Of a stretch of 64,000 nucleotides of DNA, positions 46,267-61,085 are shown one piece after another. The stretch comes from Iphione sp. A-MEVVRFRX5 (Eukaryota). The notes below the pieces were generated by a model that saw only the letters and a program-made list of their open reading frames with translations, did no database searches and had not been told where the DNA came from. Position 1 is the stretch's first letter. Each line of letters begins with the position of its first letter. The position numbers were made by a program, and so were the translations under genes. Location of the stretch: positions 38,440,001-38,504,000 of the forward strand of contig OZ320313.1 of NCBI GenBank assembly GCA_976226885.1. Reading direction: 5' to 3'.

Positions 46267-49200
46267 GTCTCTTTTCTCTCTCTCTATCTGACTAGGTGGA
46301 CGTGTTCTTGGTAAGACTGGCAGTCGGCCCCGAATTTGTGTGTGATGTACATATCCCTGTTAACCTGGTGTCTGTGCCTACTCGTCCCCATAACAACGTA
46401 CCAAAGTGGCAAAATAAGTGGCATGACATCCCACTTAAACAGCAACTCACTGCCTGCATCATGAGGTCGTTTTTCAAAGGGAAGACCCCAAGTCTAATCG
46501 GTCCCTTCAGCCTGCGTTCCTGTACACTCAGGTCTGACAACACTTATAGAAATCTAAAATTATAGTCTGTGCACACGTATATTCGTTATGTCACCCCCAG
46601 AACTCAGGATGATCAAGTACATATATTGGCGAAACAGGAATATATGACAGTCCTTCGCCATTTTGTCGGTGCCTTACGTAGACGTGTTAGTTACGATTTT
46701 CGATTTATTTCCTAATGGGTTGACATTGAGTTATCTCGTCTAGAATCCTCCGCTTATACCAGTCTCTCCCTCCACTCACCCTAGATTTCTCAGCTCTGGG
46801 CGTGGCAATACTCTTTGATTCACCCCTTACTGCACGCCACTGAGTATATTGCGGCCATTCTAATTTGAACAATCTCCTTTCTTAAGGGTGCTAGAGGCTA
46901 TTCGCCACTTCCAAAGTGGCCCACTTATTCCTGGCCAGTTTTCCGTGGCCAGTTATTCTACACCTGTTTTAAACATCTCATTGGATAAATGTCGCGTTTA
47001 CCATTACTTTTTACAAAATTCTCATATGTCTGTAACATTTAAGATCGTCCATATGATCTGTCAAACAGCCCATTCAAAAATAACGTAGGTCTGAGAATTA
47101 TAGCATTTGTACTTGATGCACTTTACCAAAAACCACCCAAAACAGCTCTCGTCGTCACATGTTGTAGGGGATATATCAATAAACCTTAGCTAAAAAAGAA
47201 TATCAAAGCTTTTGGCCAGTCTATATTTCCGAACCTGTTTACTTCATATAGTAGGCGATGGTTTCCATATTGCCGGTTGAGGCTGGAAACGCTAGCCTTC
47301 TCTTCATGACCATATTAAAGGGCGGGGCTGACATATGTCCTCCATGACGCCTTTCATGTGAAAAGATCGCCTGCTCCGAACCTCTCCAAACTAGTCTCGT
47401 TCCGTTTTGTGTTTTTTTCATTTGGTAACTTCTGCCAAAATCGTAGAGAAACCGTGCACTCCATCAGGCCTCTGAGGCGTCCTCCTGTTTCGGTGATTTT
47501 TCTGGAGAAAAAACTCGGAAAAATGGAGGAAGATGACGATTTTTTCTTGATTGAGTGAGTCTGAGCGGGAAAAGCCTTGAGCGGTGGATGTTCGTGCAGA
47601 GGAAGAGTTACGGACATCTGATTATGAGTCGGGCCCAAAGGGACAGGGCCGTGTCATAAGCCCGCGATTAGGCTTGTTCAGGTCCCCGAACATGATGGGA
47701 TATGGACTTGCAGACTTCTCTCAGCTTCATATGTAGAAGGAGGTCCTTTTATGGTGGATCCAAAGCGGGCTTTTCGTACAAAATACAGAAGTTATTGCAG
47801 GATACATAGAATATAACTGTGTCATCCTTTCTTCCTCTATTTAAGGTACACTGAAGGCTACTCTGATGGATTACAAGTTTCTATTGCACGATTGAGTGCA
47901 TCAGAATTAGTGCATGATACTACGTAAATTGTAAACAATATTGATTACGTTTCAAACCTGTCAAGGGTGACTGCTTCTCCAATCCCGTTCTATTCCATCC
48001 TTAAACATACGACCAATATCTTACTGGAGTCAGATTGGTATGTACGCCAAGATATTTTTGCACTTGATACATACTATGCAAAATGAAAGTTACAGCTGTT
48101 ACATCTAATGCATTTAACGTGAAACCGGTTTGAAACCTTTCAGAAGGCTTTGATTGACAGTTTACATAGAAACAAGTGAGTTTCTGACGGCGGCTGCGCT
48201 CACTTCTATAAATATTTACAAAGACTTTTTATTCAAGGGAAGTAAGTGTAACTCAAACACGAGCTACTATATACATAAATGTGAAACGAAATATCGAGAC
48301 CTAAAGACGTTGAGCAAGACTAGTCCTGCCATCAACGAGTAATAAACTCTGATGTAGGTCTATGACGGCCCCTTCTCTTTACACATTAAATACCTCAACT
48401 GCCTCCAGCCTCTCCCATACCCCTCATCTCAGTTATGAGTTGTGAGGGGGCGTACTTTAGTGTTCATAGTCGCCACTCCCTATCGTGTAGCACTTGAGCC
48501 AGTAGGTATAAAGCGTTTGCTTTGAACTAGCCTCAAAAGGACGTTTATCTAAATATCTGTCGTTCAGTATTATTTTCACTTTGTCCCTACACTTAGCATG
48601 ACTTATATTCCAACAGGTTGTGGTTCTACTCTGGTCTTAAGCTGACTTGTATGACTACACAAACCTTTTCTAGTAAGTGTGGTATATATTGTATATTCAA
48701 TGGAGATCCGGCCGACTTATTGTGTTTCACAGTGGTCCGTAGAACTCGACTGCATGTACATGTATATGAACCGGGTAACTGACTGGGTGCAGGGGTTTGC
48801 TGTGTTAAAAAATTTCGTAACCAATTGGTGGTTGTTTTTGGTACATAATTTCGTAACTATTTAGTGGTTGTTTTGGGTATTGTCGCGGGTGGGATGAACA
48901 TGCAGCCCTCTTGTATTTCACTTCCAACAGCCAGATCCGCACTGTTCTAACTCTTAAAACATCACATATGATGCCTGCTGGCATCAAGGCGTAATAAATA
49001 TCTTTTTTTAGTTCTCGACGAAGATACACATGGACGTGAAGATTGCAATAATGGCCTTCATCCAGCTGTCCTGCCAACGTTTAGAACTGTTGTCGCAAAT
49101 AAAACACTCCACCTCACTGCACGTTGAAATCCCTCGTAAAGTGGCCCCAACCGGTGTTTGTGATCACAGTGGACATGGGCAAAAAAGAATATATTGTAGA

Positions 49201-49840
49201 CTGGACCACTATTCACATGATATATGCACTCCTTGAGTGATCTGTAATTTACACGGAAGTTAAAGTCGACACCAATAGTTGCAGACAGTCACATTCATTC
49301 GACAACTCATAATGGCAAACCAAGGTTCTTGCGTCAAGTTTCTGTATATGTTCGTCATTAGCTTTACCTACAATTTAGGGATTTTAATGGTATACTCCAA
49401 AAAACAAATATGACTGATTATTGGTTAGTATAGGTTCTTTTATAGAATCCTGCCAGATGCTAGGGACCGGGCACGCCAGCCCAGCTAGGGCCAGAGGAAG
49501 GATGGGCGCTTGCAACATTAATTTTGACGTTGCACTGATACGCACGCGAACTACACGAAATGGGCATTAATATCATGATATTACTAACATGCATGTGCTA
49601 GGAATATCCTAGGAATAGGAACATACCACCTGAAAGCGCAGTTCCATGATATTGCGTCGTTTCTATTCCGTAGCTCCTTGTCTAGAAACTTAATCTTTTC
49701 GTCAACCTTTCGTTATGTATTGTACTTTACATTTCAAGTACATAGACAATACGAATAACGCGTCGTTTGTGTTAGACTTTGAAAGGCCAATCTCGACCCG
49801 TGTTAAAAGCCTTGTAAACACTCCATGAGAGGGCTGGTTC

Positions 49841-49979
49841 GATTGGCTGGCGCGCCGCTCGCCGCCGACCGTATATGACAAGGCATGCCATTGGCTGAAT
49901 CCCATAAAGCGCCCTCTCTTCCCGTTGGTTGCGTCGGCCATGATAGATGGCTAGCGCCGTTGCCATGGTAACCAGTAAA
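49841..49979. promoter_or_regulatory. CpG-rich motif cluster: two CCAAT boxes (minus strand) plus an RFX X-box-like palindrome
   Basis: gattggct near 49842, cattggct near 49890, and GTTGCCATGGTAAC at 49959-49972. Motif match only. Confidence 0.35.
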
Positions 49980-50387
49980 TTAAGTCGGTTAAAGGTGGAA
50001 TACATCAAAGAGGTTGGTTTGGGGGGGGGGTGTTCAGGCTTGGATGGGATGGGGGTTTACGAAAGCTAGGGGAAGCACGGGATGGGTAATGAGAGGGGTG
50101 GGGGAAGGGGGCATGCCAGGAGGAGGTGACTGTCAACGCCCCCAGATGACGCCATCCATCTTATGGGCAGCCATGTTGCCGGCGTCCTCTGTCCACGTCA
50201 TTGCTGTTAGGCCTGCAGCCTTAAGCCAGGACCTTGTCTGTTCAGATCCGTGTTCGGGATCTCTGGGCAGTAATGTTTGGGCAGGTCATGCCTAGACACA
50301 ATAGTCAAAGCTCCAGACATTTCCGCTTTAAAAGAGTGCATTTTGTCCACTGCAGGTTTACGACACAACAATTGTCGCTTCAATAAA

Positions 50388-50490
50388 TCTCTCTCATCCT
50401 CTCATTCTCCCTCTCTTTCTCTCTCCCTCTCTTTCTCTCTCTCTCTCTTTCTCTCTCTCTCACTCTCTCTCTCTCTTTCTCTCTCTCTCT
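50388..50490. repeat. Imperfect (TC)n microsatellite
   Basis: Direct reading. Confidence 0.9.
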
Positions 50491-53400
50491 GCATCAATCC
50501 ACATTTCCATCCTACTGACATCCCGACATTGGTGACTACACACACTTCATTAATTTAGCCTCGGTCCAGAAAGCCACAACTCTTATACCCACCAGTGAAA
50601 GGGGGGGGGGGTATTTTATCTGTAACGGCCGTGTTCCTCCTATTTTGCCGTGGCCAGGTTCACACCCAGGGCCAGGATCTCGCCCGTTAACATCCGTGAT
50701 CGGGATCCATTTGCCATAATGTGTGGGTCTCGGCTTCATGAATGCTGCCGACCTCCAGAGACAGAACCTTTTATGTATTAGGTCCCGTTTGATGGCTCTT
50801 ATAGCATTTTACGGCGTTAGCTGGGTCAGTCCACAGATCTATCATATCATTGGATATCGATTAGGGCCACAGACCTTGCAGTCACCAAAAGCAAAGTCGT
50901 AGCCATGCCCAAGCGGAAAATTTAGAGTAGGCATCCAAAGCGAAGACCTAGCTTTCGCCTCATAGCTAACTTGAAGGATTTACTTCTGTTTACATCAACG
51001 TCCATCCTAGGCTTCGCTGCTGTTAGTTCTTGGCCGATATAAAAAAATCCCTAGACCTTTACCCCGGATCTGTTTACAGGAATGTGCGGTCATGCTTACA
51101 TAGTGGGTCCTGACTATACCAGTAAAGGAAACAGGTGCTATTTTATTCGCAAGTAGCATTTTGTGTAAGACGACGAGGGTGGGGAGTCTGTAGTGCAATT
51201 AGTGGATGAATTTCCTTGACATCTTTTCAACTTTGATGTCGAGCATGAAAGCTGTTGAATTTCGCCGCATGTCTCCGTCAGTTATTTATTAGATCTGACA
51301 GGATGGCAGGACGATTTCTTCGATTGCACCCGCCAGCCCAGGCCAGCCTCCTCATGTTGGCCATTGCGGAAAGTAGACCTGACAACATGACTTCCTCTGC
51401 TGACAGTTGTCAGTATGATGTGTTCATGCCTGGAATGGTTTCAATCCTAGAAATCAGTTTTTTTACTCGGCCATTTCGATATTTAAACTTATCATGTCAT
51501 GTAGCCGCAAGGGCTGTTTGGTAATATATATGTGTATGTAAAGTTGCTACATTTCTTAAACTTTACCATTCATGAGGGTTATTCTATGCTCAGTAATAAT
51601 TGTGTCAACTCGACAAAATTCGTAAAATAATCTTTTTTGGCCTAATGTACGTTTAAATACCTTTAATGGCAGGCAGCGTGACGTAGTAGTAAAATGTTAA
51701 TTCATTGGTCAGTGGCATTGTTCCAAGTGTTCTCTATCCTCTCACTATGCATATGCGACTTAACCATAGCTAACAGGAGTACAGTACAACGTAGTTCGTA
51801 ATACATGCTTAGGTCTCAGGGACCCTTTTTCTCTGGCACAAAGAGTAACCATCGACGTGTCGGTCTGAGCAAATTATAACACTGTTTTACGAAAGCTGGA
51901 TCCCCCAAGGTTAATACAGGCATCCTCGAAGATAGGTTGTTTGATCTGAAGGACTGCGCCTTGTCTGAATAACAAGTACAACTTTCATAAAGGGCAAGGG
52001 AAGAGTTTTCAAATGTCACCTGAGACCGGACGACCTGCCCCGCAGGAAGCACCTGCTCCAAAGTGTCAGCAAATGCTGTCTTCTTCCATCATTTACGAGC
52101 AGATGTAACTCTTACACATACAACATCTGGTTTGACTGTTGTGTCCTGTTAGTGGGTTGGAGTTGATAAGCAGCTATCTCGCACTGTGGGGGAAAGGGTC
52201 AAAGCATAAAAATTATATGGCCCTATTTCAAACTTGGTTTAAAGAGACATGGCAGTTATGACATAAACGTTCATTCAGTGAATTTATACCAGATAACTAC
52301 ACGTAAATAGGTTTGAGTTCTTTAATATGTTGTCTATATTAAACGACAGGCAATATGCCTAAAAACATTTAAACCCCAAAGCGGCAGACATTTGGGAGAG
52401 GTTCCAGCTACAAGAAGTAAATGGCTGCCTACGGTCTAGATGACATCTGCCAATCAAATGTCAAATGCTTTTGACCATTCCAGAAACCACTACCTCAAGG
52501 AAGGAAATCAACAGACGCGCAGACAGAATGACATGGTTGGCGTTTTTTTCTATAAAATGATAAAAAATAAGATCAGTTGAAGCCTATTTCTTTAAAAAGA
52601 CAGTGTGTACCCTAGCCTATCTACCTAGGGGATAACAAGTTTTCTTTCCGTTTTTTAAAGGTCATCTATTTCGGGCCTCTTCATTTGGTAGAGTTACCAT
52701 TTACTTCCTGTGACCTTGACGTGACCTTGCAGAATAGGAAACAAGATTGAAGCAAACCTTCTCGAAGACCTTGCGAGGGGGCGTGGTGACATTTAACAGT
52801 GTATTCCCGTTCACTCTTGGGTATTTTCGTTTTAAACCTGCTTCTCCGTTTTCCCATAAGTTATGATAGGCACGTTGGAACGGAAGGCGAACGATGGTTA
52901 CCACGGTAACCAGTAAAACTATCATGTCAACAGGAGCAGACGACATTTTGCTTTCTTTTTAACCTTCCCTGCGCCCGTGGCAGGCGAAGCTCGGGAAAAT
53001 ACAACTATTGCAGATGTTAGGAGGGAACGGGACAGCAAATTAATGACATGATAAAATCGAGGTCAGAGAATAGATTCTCCTTGGAACATGTCCATCACCT
53101 TCTCTGTGATATACTGGCCATTTCTGTAAACCCTTAGTCATGTGTCTGTATTTATAGTTATGTGTTTTCATAAGGACTGACTGAGGAGTGGGTTGGGGAA
53201 TGGTGGTAGAATTGCTTTAATGTGATGTGTTTTATGTACTGCCTCTAATATGAACCATAGGTTCTTCATTCTAATGTGAAATGGTTCTGTGTGTGGCCCA
53301 CTGGTACATAATGACATTATCTATATTTCATTGTGACATGGCTCTGTTTATGGTACATTGGTACATTGTTTTTATTTCAATGTTATGCGCTCTGTATTTG

Positions 53401-56400
53401 GTGAACAGGAAAATAATCACCTTGTTTTATGTCAGTATTAAAGAACTAAAGCTGTACGACCACTCCACTGTCTTTCGTGCAGCAGGAGTGTCACACTTAA
53501 TTGTCTACCCGTTGGGTAGTTTCTACTTGTGTATTTCTCAAGCAGCCTTTTGTGCTGAAATAAATTCCTCAGACGAGAAAGATATGAATCAGCAGGGGTT
53601 AAAAAGGTATGTTATACAAACGCCAACTCATCATGACAACAACATGGGATATAGAATTCACTCTCGTCGAATTACATGTGAATAAGTGATTTAGTGGCCA
53701 CCCCTGTATATGCAGAGGAGCTGCTAGGACACTCGTAATATTAGACTAAATCTGTAAACCGCTTGTCAATAAGGTAAGCTTTTCCTACGGTTGACCGAGG
53801 TGCTCGTGATTACCATCTCTTTCTCGGTCAGCAGAATAATCTTGAGAGATCTCACCAATACTTGTCCTACAGATACGTATGCAGAAAGCAGTACTCTCAA
53901 TGAGTGTCCATATCTTCAAGGGCGTTCACGTAATCGCTTAGATATAAAATCATGTCTGCCGGCTGGGGAAAAAAGCCACTTTTAGTTGAAACTATAGCTG
54001 CGTCACAAATATCGAGTGAGCTTTATTTCACCTCTGTTTTTATTTGGACACGTAGCTTCCGTCATCTTTGAGAATACAGCAGGTGGCGATACCAGGATTT
54101 GTGCGCACACCTTTAACAGGTACATACATGTATATAGAGAAAGTTGCACCCCCCACATTGCGACACCGGCCGAGACTCAGGTAAAAACACTCCTTTCGGA
54201 ATTATAGCCTTTTGACAGGGCCTCGAATCCATTTATATCCATTTCTGAATGTATCCGTACTCTGTGTTCCGTCGTCCGTTTAATATCGCTAAGCACACAC
54301 CAACATAACTGATTCCCAGCCATGTTTTTCTTTCTAGTTGACGTAGAGGTACGTCCATGTCTCCAGCTTCTTCGTTTCCACGATTTACTTGCATGATCAA
54401 CGCTCAACTGCAAACAGAAACTTACTCCTAATGCGTCTAAAGTGAATCCTTGGCATTTTGCCCAAAATATTGACAACCATCACGAAAATGCCATCCAGAA
54501 ATGACATCGTGTCTCATGCAAGTAGTATTGTAATACGATACCTTGTCATTTGATGTGTCTCCGTCTGTGAGAACATGTCAAGAAATTACTCAAACTAAGT
54601 GGGGTTGGAGAGCAATAAATGTATCTAGGCACAAACACGTCAAGTAGATCTCTGATACTTGTAGCTCAGACATCTCAAGAGTTGAAAGCCAAAGATAGCA
54701 TTGAATTCACACGGCAATAATATCAGAAGCTTTAGCTCAAGGATGCCATGTATTTGGTACGAGCTGAATAAAATAAGCATGCAGGAGAGGGCGTTCCAGT
54801 CTCCAGTCTCAAGTTTCCAGAGTTTTCATTTTTCTTCCGACCAATTACTTAAACATGGTCGATTCAATTAAATGTATAACCGTCACACAAGTTGTCCACG
54901 ACCTGTCAAAGGCATTAGGCGTATGCACAACACACCAGAATCAGAAAGGTAGGCTTAGGGATAACCCTCTTGGATTTGTTATACAACCAGTAGGAGATGA
55001 TATAACATTTCCTCCTCAATGGGACACAAAGGCAAATCAAGAGAACTAAATGGGTTTTAGATATATACATACATATTTAGAGGTAATTACAGACACTTTG
55101 TATAACTGTACTTCATCAATATCTGTTCTGTACACGAAACCTAATTCAGTCCATTTTACTGTGAGGTGTCTGGAGTTTCGTTCCATCTGTCCACAAGGGA
55201 TACCCGCCTCGTATCTCGTTGCTTTATGTGAGAGAAATAAATCCACATACCCCTGCATGCCTCCCCACAATCCGGCCCGCCACTTTCCGCTTTTCTCCCT
55301 TGGGGTCGCCTCAGTCACCTCACGCCGTACCTTACAATAACTGTCTTGGCGCCTGTGATTGGATGATGGCGCCTCGCCGCTGCGTAACGCTGCTTCCCAT
55401 TGGTTGTGACGTGTCACCTGACCTGTTGAGGTCCACAGTGATGGGTATATTCGCCATACAGACAGCTAGGGATGATGGGATATCACCCAGCAAGCAAGCG
55501 CGAATGACTAGGATTGATAAGTACAAAAGATATTTTTGGTGAAAATTACCCTTGGCCAAAAGGGACCTTCGTCGTTCTCGTCGTTTCTATCTTTTTTCCA
55601 CCAGAGTGGCCGAAGAAAGACTTTAATACAGTAGATTCTGACAAGTGCGTAAATTGTTCCATACACACATTAGTTCTTAGATTTTTCCTTACTTTCTATT
55701 GAATATTGCATTCCAAATCTAAACGTATCTTTCAATTCATATATCATCATATTTCACACTTTGAATAGCTTGGTTTATTTCTTAATTTGTGTCTTACCAA
55801 ACTGACTTAGGGTTACATATATTTTCAGATGGGTAAAGTACATTTCTTTGCAAACTTCCTTTGACAACCACCTCAGTCAGCCCAAGGAAATGTCCTGCAG
55901 GCAAACAAAAGGAAAATGATGACATAACTCTAACGTTCTGATGAAGATGAATCATTAATCATGATTGGATCAGCTGCTACCTCTTAAAAAGCACTTTCAA
56001 ATAAAGGAAGGAGCAACGATCATGTCAATGCTTGTCTAAAGTATGAAAATTGTTGCCATTTCAGATGTTTCCTACATCAAATATGTATGCCATTATACAC
56101 TTTAAGTAGTTACGTAAGGCACAGTTGATATTCTCCATTTTGAATCTCTATTACTAGCCAAAAACTGTAAGATATTATTTTGGGTGCCCTCTGACAAGTG
56201 CCTGCACTCTGCATGTTTTTACTTCCACTAGCAACTATGTTTAAGCCTTATTCAAATGAGGCTTTCGTGTTCTCAACTACATAGATGTGTTTGGCTAATT
56301 TACAGTTGACAATCTACCCAACAGGACACTAATATTTAATATTGATATATCTTAATGTTTATATGTCTCTTAGTTATATATCACAATGGTTATCCAGAAT

Positions 56401-59400
56401 CAAAAGTACAGTCGAATGCCCAATTCAGGACAACATCTGTTCTGTGTCAAATTGTCTGCATTTCAGAAGTGTCCCGATTATAGATCACTTAATAGTATAT
56501 GAGATGTGGAGTTGGTTCTGCGTCAAATCATCCGCATTGTAAAAGTGTCCGCAACCAGGATGTGTCCACGAGGGGAAGTCCCACTGTATATTTTTCATCC
56601 TGTGAAATCAATACTTTCAGAATGGCCCTTATTGACTGGCTGTCTAATTGCATTTAAAAGCATGCAATATGATGCTGCATTGTCTGAAATTTAAAGGGTT
56701 TTACCCTCAGTGCAAATTCTCATTTAGTAAAATACCTCATAAATACGAGGGTAAGCTTCTCAATATTGTAGTTACCCCGTGTGATGCCATGGAAATAACA
56801 GAACAAAGTTAATCTATGTTATGTTTACTTTATGTCAATTTTACGAGCGCATTTTTACACATTGTGTATGGCAAGAATGGAATTGATTTATAAGCAATGT
56901 GTTGATATATGGCGTCAATTGCAATCGACAAGTTTCAAATTACAAGATAGATAACTGTCAAATTTACACCAAGTTTCCCATTAAAACAAACGTGTTCAGT
57001 TAGATGATTGGTTCAGGTTAAATAGATCTGCCCATTAAAACAAATAAATCCAGTTAAACGAATATGTCCAGTCGGATGTGACAAGTCACAAAAACATTAA
57101 ATATTGATATTGTGACCAGATTTGTGTCTACTTGCAGTTTCGGTTTACCAGATAGTAGCATATTCAAATGTGTATTTCAGTAATAAGCCTCTCTTTAGGC
57201 GGTTTTAGGATGATGCCAGTCTCAATTTTGTCTAATGACAAATGCCTTCAGTATGACTGGAGCCTCTAGGTAGTGTGCTTTATTGTTCTTGTAGTCTGCT
57301 ATCAGTCTGCCTTTTATCATATCTAGTCTACATTTATTCCTCATTCTATCTGCTATTATTTTCTTATTGGTTGCTTTACGTTTAACCTACATTTGTGTAT
57401 CACCTGTCTCCTCTACCAACTCTACCTCTGTATTCTGTTTGTAACAATTTGTAACAATGACACACAAGGCACAGTGGGTGACTGAGTAGTTGGAAGATTG
57501 CACCCTTAATCCTAGGTTCAACAATACCGTTCTCCATAAAAATAACGCGACATATATCTAAATAAGGATTGTGCATGATTCATGCCAGGATATCCTGTCT
57601 GGGTGTCTGGCGAGATGTCCATGCCAGAGAGCCTGGCTGTCAAGAGGTCAATAAGAGCTGACAATACGAAAAATGGAAATCTGGATCTTCTGTCAGCATT
57701 CGTAGAAGCGATGTCCCAGCATGTTTGGGTAAGGCTGATTCATTTATGGAAAAGGAAGAAGGACAGACTTCATGGTCTAAAATGGGCAGTTTTGCTTTCT
57801 TGTAAAATTCCTACTAAAGAAAATCAGGCTTCGAAAGGAATGACGTCATGATCAGATTAAATATTTCAAAGTTAGGTACAGTGAAATGCTTCGTAGTGGA
57901 CATGTCAAAATGCGAACACGGCCAGGGTTCAACGTTTTTTTCAACAATCCAAAATTCGACTGCGCACATCTGCACATGCATACTTAGATATACATGTACA
58001 TACACCCATACACACTCACACATACGTACTGGGTAAGCCATGCAGATGGCGTGCTGGAATCCGTGGTACTATTTACAAGCAATTTGCACACGAGCCAGGT
58101 CAGATGTGGGCACAGAGAGCCCCTTCTTGTCTGAAGTGATATGTGACCAGCCCAAGTAGCACTTCAAGCCAGACAAAGTTTGGCCAGCAATATCTCCTCC
58201 TCCTCCTGCTCCACCAGGCCTCGCACTAGAGTGCCTAGGCAGATCCAACAGAGAATGGTTGACAAGCTACCCAACAGGACACTAATGGTAATGTTTCCTC
58301 TTCCTGCTCCTCCTTCTCTTAGGCAATTGTAGAGTAACACTACAGAGTGAGAGAGATTTAAACAAAGAGACGAAGAACGACAGGTGGCTGACAAAACATG
58401 CATGGGACTATAGGCTAACATAAACCTAACGTGTTCTTTTCTCTCAGTACAGGCAAGTTCGTTACTTCGGCCTTTGCACGTCTGTATTGCCTTTTTTCTA
58501 TACTATTGAAATCAGGGTTTTAACCAGTAGTGAATCGTCAGCCCCATAACACAAACAAATATCTATACCTTCATCAGCCCTTTACTTCGTCTCTTAGTTA
58601 CACCCACTCTCTCCGTTCAAATCCAAATTTTCCTGTCTCATGAACAAGCACCCCACCAAGACTCCCCAGACAGAGCACAAATAGACACGAATCCGTCTGA
58701 GTGCAGTGCAATCCATAAATACAGAGACGAACAAGCATATTAATACCCATACACGCAGTTCCCTACATGAACGGTCCAAGTAATCCGGTCCGGTCTAAAG
58801 CCCTGCAGCTTTAATAAAGAGTTTGAGACAGGTGTGTGTGTGGTGGGGGGGGGGGGAAGAGAAGCACCTAGCCGACGTCTTTTCTCCTGCACGTTTTTAC
58901 GGCCGAAACTTTACGGCTTCATTTTCTACAGTAGCCCCACCTGTCGCCCACTAGCCGCACTACTCATAACCAGATTAGGCCGGCTACAGCGGCCTCAGCA
59001 TCGGAACTTTTTTGGGGGCTATGTTTGCGCGCGCAGACCCCAGTGCACACCGGAAGCATGTAAGGCGCCTGTTTCCGGTTCCTGTCGTGCCGTTGGACGA
59101 AAAGTAAACGACAGTGGAGGGCCGTGTTCTTAATTTTCCCCCTGTCGTCGCCGGTTCCGTCTTTCCCGCTATGCTGTAGCCATTGACTGTTGTGCTTCGT
59201 TAGCTCATTAGTTCTCTTCTTCACCAGCCTCTCTTGGGAGCTCTTGTCTCTAACCCTTCAAGAAAAACAACTTCTGCGACAAAAAAAGACCGTAGCTAAA
59301 TGAGGGCCTCTTGGTGATGCAAGATAAAAACACTAGAGGGTGCTAATGATTTAATATAGGTCTTTTTTTGTTTTCTTACAGCTATTCTAATGTACTTAGG

Positions 59401-61000
59401 CTGAGACTTCATTCTGTAGGTCCTTCAGCAGCCTGGTGGATTATGTCTTTATACACATTATTTAAATGTGTTTGCGCACATTACAATTTTATTTGCAGCG
59501 TCACAATAGCGACTGATCTTTTTAATTTGCAAGTGCAATATCATATATTCTGCATCAACATTTTTCGCTAAAGTGAAAAAATTCTCACGATTGTCACCAG
59601 CGTTATATACAAAATGCTCAATCCGTTTTGAACGTATCGTTCAAGAACGATATCGCACTAGTTTATATGATAAAGTATCTGGTTACCTTAATTAAAACGG
59701 TTAATGATACCTCCACGTTACAACTTGCCAGCGTGTATCAAAGGGTTAATGATACACTGCTGCTTTCAGGCACCAAATATACAGCTGTTCAGGAAGGAAG
59801 TATGTGGCAGGCAGTTAATTAGCAACCTACTGAAGCAATCCACTCTGATATAACTAGGACAACGCCATAGCTTCTAGTGAGCAGCTCCCTTTTTATACGC
59901 TATCTACCCGAGCAGATTCCTTTAGCTTTAATTGTGTGCCTCACAACGCGATGCCTGCACATAGAACTCTGCACCCGGGGTCCCCCGATCGTACATACAT
60001 AAATCTTTGTGCTCTGTAGATGGGTAGTAGCCTCCAACCGATATGGCATGGTCCTTAGCGTACGAAAGAGTCCTCTATTGCTGGTGTTGGAATACAAGCT
60101 AAGAAAAGGGGCATGGTTGTACCCTCCAAGTTGATTGGTACATAACTAAAATGTACTCTTTATATACTTGGAAGCAAAAAGAACGAACCACTGAGCAATT
60201 ATAGAAGACTCACAACTTGGATGCCAAGGTCACTGCGTTAATTGCAAGGGAAAGTTGCAGGAGATCCAAAGAGCCAATTGGAATAGATTCCTTCCTCTTT
60301 GATTGGCTAGACCTTGCCGTAGGTTCAGTGGGTTAGGTATCGTAATGAATCTAGGCCTAAGATTCATAGAGGATTCTTGCTTTCCTGTTTTAAGGAGAGA
60401 GTTAGGGATGTATGTATGAGATGAATATCTTCCCTCCACGACAGACACTGCGTTATGACGTCTTATAGATACTATGACCGTCTGCCGGTTACCGTTTAAG
60501 GCCTTTATTGGAAGGTCAAGGGCGGACAATATTAACTACATGCTCTCGTATGGGTAATGCTGTGCGCTTTGTATAAGAATATGTACATGTATATGTATAA
60601 ATTGACAAAGGCGACTATATTCTTCATATTTTAGAGCCTCCTTATTCAACAGGGACAATCTAGGGAGAACTTGTATACAAAATAAAATATAAACGATACT
60701 ATTCATCTAAACACCTTACCTCTGTTTTTTTCGTTACGCTTTGCATGTATTTACAAAATAACATCCTGTTTTCCAGGTTGTTATTTGTTTATGGAACATT
60801 TATACTAACTTATTATACAAAATATCAGTCTTATTTCCTATGCGGACTTTGATCATAGGCTCTCTGGGTAATATCGATACTATTCTGCTCAAGTTTTGTT
60901 TTTACGTCAGGCCTTGTCTTTTCCCTAGACGTTCGCTTACTTTGTATAGCCGCCATGGTGTGCACAGAATTTGTGAAGTAGATGTCTTTTCCCAGGCTTC

Positions 61001-61085
61001 AGAGAGAGAGAGACAGAGATAGAGACAGAGAGACAGAGAGAGACAGAGCAGGGGGAAGTGAGACAGAGCAGGGGGAGTGAGAGAG
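61001..61085. repeat. GA/GAGACA-rich simple repeat
   Basis: agagagagagagacagagatagagacagagagacagag... with two gagacagagcagggg units. Confidence 0.85.

Noticed and set aside
54240-54420. Other isolated splice-like sites or exons (54.4 kb minus, 57.6 kb, 59.4 kb, 61.7 kb, 21.9 kb)
   Set aside because: No consistent acceptor-frame-donor set and no recognisable peptide, so a gene model cannot be supported.
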